From positions 1-57,213 of the IMG/VR virus record IMGVR_UViG_3300036828_000780: 57,213 nt of DNA, one strand, 5' to 3'. Every line of letters starts with the position of its first letter. Position 1 is the first letter of the stretch. The notes under the pieces are model-generated. The model was not told the origin of the DNA. It did not search any database and was given only the letters and a program-made list of their open reading frames with translations. The position numbers were made by a program, and so were the translations under genes. This DNA comes from a virus (lineage: Duplodnaviria; Caudoviricetes). Positions 17,397 to 26,307 of this stretch are shown one piece after another.

Positions 17397-17615
17397 TCAG
17401 TCCCAGGCCTGGAGGTCGCCGAACGGGTCGCGAAGGTAAATCCGCAGGCGCAGGCCGCCGCGGCTGCTCCGCGCTTCCGTGGCGAGGCAGGCGGCTTCTT
17501 TCCGGTCCTCGCACGGCGTCGCGAACACCAGGCGCTGGCCGTCGGGGCTCAACACGGTGAGGTGCCAGGTCGGGCGCTGGCCGCGGGGGTAATGGCGGCC
17601 GCACGGGGCGCTCAC
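17397..17615 (-). CDS. Hypothetical protein
   Basis: GTGA-coupled to the resolvase stop. Confidence 0.5.
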   Translation of the reverse strand: MSAPCGRHYPRGQRPTWHLTVLSPDGQRLVFATPCEDRKEAACLATEARSSRGGLRLRIYLRDPFGDLQAWD

Positions 17616-18283
17616 GGCGCGCTGTCCCGGTCGAGGATGCGCTTTACCTGCTGGCGGTGCAGGGTGCGCCCGTGGGCCTCGGCAACGGTTTCGGCGATCT
17701 TCCGGTAGCCGAGGCCGGCGGCGCGCAGCTGCCGCATCGTCGCGAGCATCGCTTGCTCGGCCGGGTCCTCGGCTAGGTCGCCGTCCGCGGTTATGGTGAA
17801 ACCGAACGGCGCCCGGGTCCCGCCGCGGAACCGGCCGCGCTTGGCCTGGTCGCGCTTGACGTCGCAGATCCGCTCGCGGATGCGGTGGCGCTCGGCCTCG
17901 GCGACCGCCGAGAGGATCGTAAAGACCAGCTTGCTGACGCCGTTGCCGGTGACGTCGCCGCCCAGGTCGATCATGTGCAGGCTGACCCCGCGGTCCTGCA
18001 GGGTCTGAAGGACGTCGAGGGCGTTTAGCGCGCTTCTAAACATCCGGTCGAGTTTCGGGGTGATCACCGTGTCGCCGGGCTGCAGCCGGGCCAGCAGCCG
18101 CCGGCCTTCCGGCCGGTCGGCGAGCGGCGTCGAGCCGCTGACGCCGCGCTCGACGTGGATTTCGGCCAGGTCCCAACCGTGCTGCAGGGCGTAGCCTTGG
18201 ATTTGCCGCTCTTGCGTCCCGAGGCTTTCGCCCTCATCAGCTTGGCGATCCGTGCTTACTCTTATGTAACCATAGGTAGCCAT
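17612..18283 (-). CDS. Serine recombinase (resolvase/invertase family)
   Basis: YGYIRVSTDRQ, ERGVSG, PKLDRMFRS, AVAEAER; C-terminal HTH. Confidence 0.93.
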   Translation of the reverse strand: MATYGYIRVSTDRQADEGESLGTQERQIQGYALQHGWDLAEIHVERGVSGSTPLADRPEGRRLLARLQPGDTVITPKLDRMFRSALNALDVLQTLQDRGVSLHMIDLGGDVTGNGVSKLVFTILSAVAEAERHRIRERICDVKRDQAKRGRFRGGTRAPFGFTITADGDLAEDPAEQAMLATMRQLRAAGLGYRKIAETVAEAHGRTLHRQQVKRILDRDSAP

Positions 18284-18288
18284 CGCGC

Positions 18289-18513
18289 CTAGGCCGTCCG
18301 CCGGCTTGGCCGCTGGCGCAGCAGCACCAGGCAGGCCTGCAACCGCAGCCAATCCTCGGGGGTGTTGTGCCAGGTGTGCAGCGAGAGCGCGACCGCCTGG
18401 TTGCGGGTGATCTGGCGGCTTTGGCCGCGCGAGACGAAGCGGCCGGCTTCGTCGGGGGTCATGTCGCGGATGTGAGTGATGTCCTCTACGTCGCGCAGCT
18501 TCATCGGGGTCAT
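18289..18513 (-). CDS. Hypothetical protein
   Basis: Small ORF upstream of resolvase with AAGGA RBS. Confidence 0.5.
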   Translation of the reverse strand: MTPMKLRDVEDITHIRDMTPDEAGRFVSRGQSRQITRNQAVALSLHTWHNTPEDWLRLQACLVLLRQRPSRRTA

Positions 18514-18643
18514 CGGAAGGTCCTTTGTCCACAGTGCTAAAGCGGTGTGACCACACATGGGGCGCGCCTGTCACATCGCAAGCGGTGTGGACGTGGGAAT
18601 CTGTCGGAAACGTCTGAATTCTCGGTAAACTGGAGGGAGATCA

Positions 18644-19258
18644 ATGGGTCGGCAAACGACATGGACGCCGGCGAGCGTCAGGCGGGCGGTGGAGCTCGGC
18701 TTGGAGGGGTTGGGCCCGGCCGCGGTCGCGCGGCGCCTCGGTGTCCCGCCCGGCCGGGTCAGCGCGCTGTTCTCGCGGTTGCGCGCCGAGGACGAACCGG
18801 CGCCCGCCCCGGCTCGCGCGCCGCGGGGGCGCAAGCCCAGCCCGTGGGATGCGCCGCCGGAGCGCCGTGAGCGGGTGCTCGACCTGGTCGCGCAGGGCGT
18901 CACCTTTGCGGTGATCGCCGAGCAGCTCGGCACGACCAAGAGCGCGATTGCCGGCCTGGTAGGGCGAGCGCGCGCCCAAGGCGAGGCCCGCGCGCATATC
19001 AAGGACGTGCGGGCCGAGTTGGCGGCCGCCGAGCGCGGCGAGGCGGTGCCGGGCTTGGTGGAGCGGTTGCGCTGGGATGTCGTGATGGCCGGCGGCTGCC
19101 GCTGGATTTACGGGCACCCGCGGCCCGATCCCGGCGAGGTGGCCGATTGGCATTGGTGCGGCGCGCCGCGGGTCACCGGCTTGTCCTATTGCCCGGCGCA
19201 TGCGCTTGCCGCCTACCAGCGGACCCCGCGGGAGACGCCGCCGGAGACCGGGGTATGA
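18644..19258 (+). CDS. GcrA-like cell-cycle regulator (two HTH-like segments)
   Basis: IAEQLGTTKSAIAGLVGR; CRWIYGHP...WCGAP....SYCPAH. Confidence 0.8.
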   Translation: MGRQTTWTPASVRRAVELGLEGLGPAAVARRLGVPPGRVSALFSRLRAEDEPAPAPARAPRGRKPSPWDAPPERRERVLDLVAQGVTFAVIAEQLGTTKSAIAGLVGRARAQGEARAHIKDVRAELAAAERGEAVPGLVERLRWDVVMAGGCRWIYGHPRPDPGEVADWHWCGAPRVTGLSYCPAHALAAYQRTPRETPPETGV

Positions 19259-19821
19259 AGGCGCGGCGGCACCGCTCGCCGGCGGCGGGTGCGCCGGACG
19301 AGGTCCGACCGACCGCGGAGCGCCGGCGGCACGGCAAGATCGAGCGCTCGACCGGCGCGGTGCTTGACGTCAACGAGGAGCCGGGGCGGCCCTTTAGGGC
19401 GTTGGGAACGCTGGACATAATGTTCCGCGCCGGCAGTATCACCCGGGAAATGCGCCGTGCCGGGGATCGGTTTCATGGCGAATTCGTTCGCGCTGGACTT
19501 GATCCTTTGGCGGCCAGCGATCCGACCCGGTTGCCCGTGCTCGTCACCGGCGGGGCGGCCCGGCGGGGCGGGCCGGCCGGCGGCAGCGAGCATGCCCGGG
19601 CGCTGGTCGGGCGGGCGTTGGCGGTGCTCGGCGGCTCCGACTCGACGCTCGGCTCTTGTGCCTATCACGTCCTCGGCCGGGAGCTGTCGCTCCGCGAATG
19701 GCAGATTTATCGAATGCCGAATCGCCACCAGCCGGTGAATTTCGCGAGCGGGATCCTGGTCGGGGCCTTGGACCTGCTCAGAATCCATTACGATAGCGGG
19801 GGGCGCCGACGGCTGAGTTGA
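19255..19821 (+). CDS. Late-gene regulator / DUF6456-like protein
   Basis: TLDIMFRAGSIT...AGDRF...YHVLGRELSLREW...LVGALDLLRIHY; precedes the late operon. Confidence 0.6.
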   Translation: MKARRHRSPAAGAPDEVRPTAERRRHGKIERSTGAVLDVNEEPGRPFRALGTLDIMFRAGSITREMRRAGDRFHGEFVRAGLDPLAASDPTRLPVLVTGGAARRGGPAGGSEHARALVGRALAVLGGSDSTLGSCAYHVLGRELSLREWQIYRMPNRHQPVNFASGILVGALDLLRIHYDSGGRRRLS

Positions 19822-19952
19822 CAGCTTCAAATTTCGCTCCGCATCATAAAAACGTAATGGTCGAGGGGTGCACCCCGCGGCCGGACTAAACCGAGAACAG
19901 GCCGCCCCGGACCCGGGAGCGGCCGTTTTTGTGGGCGTTTTCCGGTGGAGCG

Positions 19953-22175
19953 ATGGCGGGCCCCGCGGAATATCAACCCGACGGCGTGCAGCTGCGGGCC
20001 TTTCTCGCATCAGACGCTTTTGCGCGGGCGTTGATCGGGCCGGTCTATGCCGGTCGCAAATCGTGTTGCGTGCAGGACATCCTGCGGCGCGCGACGATGC
20101 AGCGGTATGGCCGGCAGCGGCACTGGCGCTGGCTCGTCGTGCGGCCGACGCGCGCCGAGATCGAGCGTTATGCGATCCCGGCGGTCAAGCGGTGGGTCCG
20201 CGAGGGCTGGTGGCGGCAGGAGCGCGGCTGGCGCTTTGCGATCGAGTACACGCTCGGCAGCGACGGCGTGAAGCGGCTGCTCGAGCTCGACTTCCTCGGC
20301 ATGGACGACGCCGGCGACCGCCGGCGCCTGGCCGCCGGCGGGGCGACCGGCGTCTGGCTCGACGAGGCGCGCAACCTATCCGAGACGGTGTTCGAGGACG
20401 CGGTGCGCGCCGCCGGGACCTATCCGTCGCCGATCGATGGCGGCATCGCCTGGTCGGGTGTGATCTGCTCGTCGCGCATGCCGGCGCCGGGCCATTGGCT
20501 GGTCATCCGTCCCGGCGAGCCGGGTGATCTGGCGCTGTTCCGCCAGCCGGGCGGCCGCACCGAGAAGGCGGAAAATCTGCCGGCGCTAAACCGCCGCAAG
20601 TTTTCTTATGCGGAGTTTGCCCGCGAGCGGCACCCGGATTGGGTGCGGGTCAACATCGACGCCGAGCTCGGCGCCTCGGCCTCGGAGACCGCCGCCGAGG
20701 AGGTGCGCGCCGGGTCGCGCGCGTCGCTCAAACGGTTTGTCGGGACGATCTCGCCGGATTTGCGGCCGGCGGCGCACCACGAGCTGCTGATCGGCAAGCT
20801 GGAGGACCTCGCCGCCGGCCGGATCAAGCGGCTGATGTTCTTTCTGCCGCCGGGCGCCGCCAAATCGACTTATGGGTCGATCCTGTTCCCGCCGTGGTAT
20901 CTCGGCAACAACCCGGCGGCCTCGGTGATCGGCGCCTCGCACGCGACGGAGCTCGCCATGCGATTTGGCCGGCGGGTGCGCAACATCGTCGGCTCGCCGC
21001 CGTTCCGCGACATCTTCGGATTTGGTCTCAGCGGCGATTCCGGCGCCGCCGGGCGCTGGGAAACCAGTCGCGGCGGCGAATATTACGCGGTCGGCGTCGA
21101 CGCTTCGGTCACCGGCCGCCGCGCCGATCTCGCCATCATCGACGACCCGGTCAAAGGCTTCGCCGAGGCCCAGAGCCTACCGATCCGCCAACACGCGTGG
21201 GATTGGTACAAGGCGGACCTGTGGCCAAGACTCAAGCCAAACGCGGCGCTGCTCTACATCGGCACCCGCTGGCATGACGACGATCTGGCCGGCCGGTTGC
21301 TCGAGGACGCCAAAACCGGCGGCGAGCAATGGGAGGTGGTTTCGCTCCCGGCGATCGCGGTCGCTGGCCGCGAGGATCCGCTGGGCCGCGTCCCGGGCGA
21401 AAGGTTGTGGCCGGAGTGGTTCACCGAGGCAATGCTGGAGACCGCCCAACGCGAGCCGCGGACCTGGTCGGCGCTCTACCAGCAGGAGCCGATGCCGGAA
21501 TCCGGCGATTTCTTCAAATCGGATTGGTTTCGTTGGTACGACAGCGCGCCGCCGCGCGACGAGCTGCGGACCTATGGCGCGTCGGATTGCGCGGTCAGCA
21601 AGGACGAGGGCGACTTTACGGTGCACCTGGTCGCCGGCGTCGACCCGGCCGACGACCTTTATCTGCTCGATTTGTGGCGCGACCGGGTGTCGAGTGATGT
21701 TTGGGTCGACGCGCAGCTCGACCTGATCCAGTTGTGGAAACCGCTCGATTGGGCCGAGGAAAAAGGGCAGATCGCCAAGGGTGTCGGGCCGTTCCTCACA
21801 AAGCGTGCGCTGGAGCGGCGGGTTTATGTGCACCGCCGCCAATTCCCGACGGTTGGCGACAAGGCGGTGCGCGCGCAGGCGATCCGCGGCCGCACGGCGC
21901 AGGGCAAGGTGTATCTGCCGCGCCGCGCGCCGTGGGCCGCTGGTTTCGTGCAGGAATTGCTGCGCTTCCCGGCCGGCACGCATGACGACCAACTCGACGC
22001 GTTTGCGCTTATTGGCGTCATGCTCGACCGGCTGGTGCCGGGCAGCAAGCCTAAACCAAAGGAGCCGATCCGTTGCGCGGACCAGATGACAATGGACGAG
22101 CTCCTATCGCTCGCCGGCCCCGGCGGCCGGTTCGGCCGCAGCCTCGGCGGGGGCCTGCAGCAGCGAATTCAGTAA
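19953..22175 (+). CDS. terL: Terminase large subunit with an extra N-terminal terminase-like ATPase domain
   Basis: C-part: LPPGAAKST, IIDDP, GTRWHDDD, ALYQQ.P, HDDQLDA; N-part: IGPVYAGRKS, VWLDEA, GTYPS..GG..WSGV. Confidence 0.9.
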   Translation: MAGPAEYQPDGVQLRAFLASDAFARALIGPVYAGRKSCCVQDILRRATMQRYGRQRHWRWLVVRPTRAEIERYAIPAVKRWVREGWWRQERGWRFAIEYTLGSDGVKRLLELDFLGMDDAGDRRRLAAGGATGVWLDEARNLSETVFEDAVRAAGTYPSPIDGGIAWSGVICSSRMPAPGHWLVIRPGEPGDLALFRQPGGRTEKAENLPALNRRKFSYAEFARERHPDWVRVNIDAELGASASETAAEEVRAGSRASLKRFVGTISPDLRPAAHHELLIGKLEDLAAGRIKRLMFFLPPGAAKSTYGSILFPPWYLGNNPAASVIGASHATELAMRFGRRVRNIVGSPPFRDIFGFGLSGDSGAAGRWETSRGGEYYAVGVDASVTGRRADLAIIDDPVKGFAEAQSLPIRQHAWDWYKADLWPRLKPNAALLYIGTRWHDDDLAGRLLEDAKTGGEQWEVVSLPAIAVAGREDPLGRVPGERLWPEWFTEAMLETAQREPRTWSALYQQEPMPESGDFFKSDWFRWYDSAPPRDELRTYGASDCAVSKDEGDFTVHLVAGVDPADDLYLLDLWRDRVSSDVWVDAQLDLIQLWKPLDWAEEKGQIAKGVGPFLTKRALERRVYVHRRQFPTVGDKAVRAQAIRGRTAQGKVYLPRRAPWAAGFVQELLRFPAGTHDDQLDAFALIGVMLDRLVPGSKPKPKEPIRCADQMTMDELLSLAGPGGRFGRSLGGGLQQRIQ

Positions 22176-22489
22176 CCGTTCAGCGGGCTGACGGGACGGT
22201 AGTTGCCAATGTGCGCCCGGAGGTCGTCCGCGCGCGCGGCGGCGAGCCGGGCTGCTTGCATTGCGTGATTTATTTGCTGGTCAGCGATCTGGTCGACGAG
22301 GGCCACCTCGCGGCGATCGACGGGGTGTTGCGGGTCGCCGAGGCGCTCGCGGCGCTGATCGCCAATTTCAGCGACGAGGTGCAGGCGATTGTTCTGGAAG
22401 GGGTGCTCGATCTGATCGAGCAGAAGGTGCGCGAGGCGCCGCCGCCCCCGGTGGTCGGGCACGCCTAAACGGCAAGGGGTGCGGGTGAA

Positions 22490-22651
22490 GTGCTGTATTA
22501 CGTCCTGATCATTCTCCTGATCCTGGTGCTGGTCGGCGCGTTGCCGCACTGGCCCTACAGCGCCGGCTGGGGCTGGGGGTATTACCCATCGGGCGGCGTC
22601 GGGCTCATCGTTCTGATCTTGATCGTCCTGTTGCTGGCGGGGCGGCTATAG
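22490..22651 (+). CDS. DUF3309-family small membrane protein (not in ORF track)
   Basis: Translates MLYYVLIILLILVLVGALPHWPYSAGWGWGYYPSGGVGLIVLILIVLLLAGRL. Confidence 0.8.
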   Translation: MLYYVLIILLILVLVGALPHWPYSAGWGWGYYPSGGVGLIVLILIVLLLAGRL

Positions 22652-22658
22652 GCCAGCG

Positions 22659-23246
22659 ATGATAATCTCGGCGCCGCTCGCGGATCCCGGTGTATGGGTC
22701 GCCGATCGCGAGCGCGTCGAGACGGTCACCAAGCAAATTCTACTGCAGACGATCATGCCGAGCATGATGCGGGACGATATCCACGTCACGCTCAATGCGC
22801 TGGCGGTTGGCCTGGCCTGCGTCTACGTCACCGCCGGCGCCCGCCGCGACCGGCGCCGGGCCTGGGCGTATTTCACCAAGGCGCTTGAGCACAGCTGCAC
22901 GGCGCTGGTCGATCAGCTGCGGGCGCCGCCGCGGCATCGCTATGTCGGCGAGGTGTTCTGTGTCGGCGACGAGCAGCCGTGGTTCAATTGGTGGGTCGGC
23001 GCCGCCTACGACAGCGCCGCGCCGTGCCTGCCCAATGGGGGCGCCAAGGGAACCGGCCAGAGCCTAAAGGATCGTTTTCTGTTCGCTGGCATAACGCCCG
23101 GCAGCTACAGCCGGCGCCGTGAGGAGGCGCGCCTCGAGGCGCTGCTCGCGCGCCTTAACTGGCGCGCGACTGGTGACGTCCCGGAGCAAAAGCGTGACCC
23201 GAATATTCTGGACGGCGATCATGCGGCAGCGGCTGGAGGAGTATGA
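22659..23246 (+). CDS. Hypothetical protein
   Basis: 195-aa ORF in late-strand orientation. Confidence 0.5.
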   Translation: MIISAPLADPGVWVADRERVETVTKQILLQTIMPSMMRDDIHVTLNALAVGLACVYVTAGARRDRRRAWAYFTKALEHSCTALVDQLRAPPRHRYVGEVFCVGDEQPWFNWWVGAAYDSAAPCLPNGGAKGTGQSLKDRFLFAGITPGSYSRRREEARLEALLARLNWRATGDVPEQKRDPNILDGDHAAAAGGV

Positions 23247-23775
23247 CCGGGCCGGGCTGACGCCGCGCGCGATCGCGGCGAAATTGGGGGTGCCCCAGGG
23301 CCTGGTGCGCAGCCAATTGACGCGGTTGCGGCGCAAGCGGCAGGCCGCCGCCGTGTTCGAGGAAGCCGTCATCCTCGGCGTGGCGCTGGCGGCGTTGGCG
23401 TTCGCGCTCGCGCTCGCGCTCTCGACCGGCTTGGCGCAGGCGCCGCTGCACGGCTACGACCGGCTGAAAGGGCTACTCAACCGGGGGCCGGCGCCGCCGC
23501 CGGTGCCCCATATCCTCGCCACTGCCGTGACGCCGTCGGCGCCGGTGGTTTCCGACGAGGCGCCGGTCGGCGCGCCGCTCGCGCAGCTCAGTGCGCAGAT
23601 GAGCGACGGCTCCGCATTTGGCGGTTATTTCGGCTTTGGCCCGCCCCACTACGACGCCGGCGGCTGCGTCGCGGTTTCCGGTCACGCGCTGATCCTGGCT
23701 TGCGGTCTCGACCCGTCGATCGACCGGTTACGCGCGACGGTTGTCGCCGTGGCGCCGCGCCCATCCACGCGATAG
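23221..23775 (+). CDS. HTH + TM + beta-domain protein, paralog of 42316-42762
   Basis: Shared DGS.F.G..GFGPP.Y.AGGC..VSG.A..LAC motif. Confidence 0.55.
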   Translation: MRQRLEEYDRAGLTPRAIAAKLGVPQGLVRSQLTRLRRKRQAAAVFEEAVILGVALAALAFALALALSTGLAQAPLHGYDRLKGLLNRGPAPPPVPHILATAVTPSAPVVSDEAPVGAPLAQLSAQMSDGSAFGGYFGFGPPHYDAGGCVAVSGHALILACGLDPSIDRLRATVVAVAPRPSTR

Positions 23776-23806
23776 CGGCTCCCCACAAGCAACGGAGGGT
23801 TTGCCC

Positions 23807-24772
23807 ATGCTGCGCCACTTGGCTCGCGGCGCCCTGGTGCTCGGCTTACTGGCGCCGCTCGCCGCGGCGGATAATCCGCATCGGCCGCATATTCTGCCGC
23901 CGCCGGCGCCCGGCAGCACTGATCGGCCGGCGCCCGCGCAGGCCGCGAGCGCCGGCTTTGACGCGCTGATCTTCGAGACCAATTTCAGCACGGTCAAAAA
24001 CTTGACCGACGTGTTTTCGTGCCTCGGCGGCGACCAGTCGAAACCGTGGAAGCAGGGCCTCTGGTACGAGGCCAATGAGGCCACCGGCATGGCGCCGTGT
24101 TCGCAGATCACGCTCGCCCAGGACGCGGCGCTCGGCGGCCAGGCGCTCGACCTGGCTTGGCTGGCGGCCGGCAACAAGGACTCGGTCGACAATACCGCGA
24201 TCACGACGTTCCCGATCGACACGGTCAGCCCGCATTTCGCGTTCCATCGCGGCTATGTCGAGGTGGTCGCGCGCGCCACCAACCCGACCAATGCGGGGAT
24301 TTGGGCGTCGAGTTGGATGCTCGGCGACGGCGCGGTCATCAGCGACAATATTCCGCCCTTTGTGTTCACCGTGCCATTGGTCGAGCTCGACATCGCTGAA
24401 TTGCACGGGGTGTCGCAGCTCGACTCGGCGATTTACGAATCGCCGCAAGGCGGCACCAATCAATACATTGGGCCCAATAACAACCCGACGACGGGTTTCG
24501 ATTTCTCGGCGCCGCATGTCTACGGGTTTTTGTGGGAGACGTTGGGCCAGGGCAAGGGCGGCCAGGTCTGCAGCTATCTCGACAACGCGTTGCGCGGTTG
24601 CGCGCCGACGACGGCGTCGACCGAGGGGCAGCCGTTCTTTCTGATCCTCAGTGTCGGGTCGGGCTGCAATTTCACACCCGGCGACCGGACCTGCATGGCG
24701 GGTCTGGCGCGCTCCGATCTGTTTGTCTCGCGCGTCTCGGTATGGGGCGCCGCCAAGGGCAATATCGAGTGA
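23807..24772 (+). CDS. Secreted GH16-like glycoside hydrolase
   Basis: Signal peptide; GYVEVVAR..GIWASSWML; ELDIAE (ExDxxE); HVYGFLW; PFFLIL. Confidence 0.75.
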   Translation: MLRHLARGALVLGLLAPLAAADNPHRPHILPPPAPGSTDRPAPAQAASAGFDALIFETNFSTVKNLTDVFSCLGGDQSKPWKQGLWYEANEATGMAPCSQITLAQDAALGGQALDLAWLAAGNKDSVDNTAITTFPIDTVSPHFAFHRGYVEVVARATNPTNAGIWASSWMLGDGAVISDNIPPFVFTVPLVELDIAELHGVSQLDSAIYESPQGGTNQYIGPNNNPTTGFDFSAPHVYGFLWETLGQGKGGQVCSYLDNALRGCAPTTASTEGQPFFLILSVGSGCNFTPGDRTCMAGLARSDLFVSRVSVWGAAKGNIE

Positions 24773-24804
24773 CGACTGGGGCCGAATAAAAAACGGGGGG
24801 TTTA

Positions 24805-25203
24805 ATGGCCGATCGCAAGCCGATCCTCTGCCTCGATTTCGACGGGGTGTTGCACTCCTACACGAGCGGCTGGCAGGGCGCGGCGGTGATCCCGGACCCG
24901 CCGGTCGAGGGCGCCGTCGCCTTTCTGCAGCGCGCGGTCGAGGCCTTCGACGTCGCGGTGCACAGCTCGCGTTCCGCCGAGGGAAACGGTCCCGCGGCGA
25001 TGCGCTTTTGGTTGTGGAACGTGTTGCGTGACGGCGGGTTGCGGCCGGACGAAGCGACCCTGATGGTCGAGCGGCGGATCGGTTTCCCGCGCGACAAGCC
25101 GCCGGCCTTTGTGACACTGGACGACCGGGCGCTGACCTTTACCGGCCAATGGCCGGCGGTCGAGGAATTGCTGGCGTTCGAGCCCTGGTGGAAACGGAGC
25201 TAG
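24805..25203 (+). CDS. HAD-superfamily phosphatase-like protein
   Basis: LDFDGVLHSY, HSSR, KPPA..LDDRA. Confidence 0.8.
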   Translation: MADRKPILCLDFDGVLHSYTSGWQGAAVIPDPPVEGAVAFLQRAVEAFDVAVHSSRSAEGNGPAAMRFWLWNVLRDGGLRPDEATLMVERRIGFPRDKPPAFVTLDDRALTFTGQWPAVEELLAFEPWWKRS

Positions 25204-25314
25204 ACGACGATCTGCCGGACGATTGGCAGGCGCAGGATTCGTGGCGCTCGTATCTGGAATGGTGCGCCGAGATGCGCCGGCGCCTCGGCCGGGGCCGCGA
25301 CGACGAGGGCCAGC

Positions 25315-26307
25315 ATGACGGAAGTGACACTCGGCAGTTGCCGGCTGATCCTCGGCGACTGCCGTGAAGTGTTGCCGGCGTTGCGCTCGGAATCGGTCGA
25401 TTTCATCTTTACCGACCCGCCCTACGGCAACAACAACCAGGCGGGCGATCTGCAGAGCGCGCTCGGCAAATTGCGCGGCGCCGGCGGCCCCAATGGCTCC
25501 GAGGCCGGCAATCGGCCGATCGCCAACGATGACGCCGCGAGCGCCAATGCGCTGGTCCGCTATCTGTTCGGAGAGGCCGGCCGGCTGTTGCCGCCGGGCG
25601 GGTGCTGTGCGGTGTGCTGTGCGGGCGGTGGCGGCGAGCTGATCCAGTTTGCGCACTGGTCGCTGTGGCTCGCCGAGGCGATCGGTTTCAAGCAAATGGT
25701 CATTTGGGATAAGGGGCCGATGGGGCTGGGTTGGCATTACCGGCGGTCTTACGAGGTCGTGCTGGTCGGCGAGAAGGGCGGCGCCGCGTGCCGCTGGTTC
25801 GACGAGAGCGACACGGTCGAGAACGTCATCCGGCCGGGCGATTATGGGGTCGCCAAGATCATCCCGGCCGCCGGCGAGCATCCGACGGCCAAGAGCCCGG
25901 CGCTGGCCGGTCTGTTCATCCGGTTGCACACTGCCGCCGACCACCTGGTGCTCGACCCGTTTATGGGCGGCGGCTCGACGGCGCTAGCGGCGTTGCGCTC
26001 GGGGCGCCGGTTCATCGGCATCGAGCTCGACCCGCAATGGTTCGAGCTCACATGCCGCCGCCTCGAGGAGGTATTGGCGCAAGGCGATCTATTCGCTGAC
26101 GCCTCGCCGCACCGCAAGGCCCAGCAATTGACGCTCGCGGAGCAGGATCCCGGTGATGGGCCGCGACCGGGGTTGCCGCCGCTGCCGGAGGCCTGGTGGC
26201 GGCGGCCGCCCGCGCAATTGCGGCTCGACTGGCGGCGGGCCGGATCCTCGGCGCCGCCGCCGCCCTCGGCGCCGTGGGCCGGGCCGCGGCAGCGGGGGCT
26301 GTTCTAA
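25315..26307 (+). CDS. DNA N6/N4 methyltransferase (beta class)
   Basis: TDPPY, HPTAK, VLDPFMGGGST, FIGIE. Confidence 0.9.
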   Translation: MTEVTLGSCRLILGDCREVLPALRSESVDFIFTDPPYGNNNQAGDLQSALGKLRGAGGPNGSEAGNRPIANDDAASANALVRYLFGEAGRLLPPGGCCAVCCAGGGGELIQFAHWSLWLAEAIGFKQMVIWDKGPMGLGWHYRRSYEVVLVGEKGGAACRWFDESDTVENVIRPGDYGVAKIIPAAGEHPTAKSPALAGLFIRLHTAADHLVLDPFMGGGSTALAALRSGRRFIGIELDPQWFELTCRRLEEVLAQGDLFADASPHRKAQQLTLAEQDPGDGPRPGLPPLPEAWWRRPPAQLRLDWRRAGSSAPPPPSAPWAGPRQRGLF

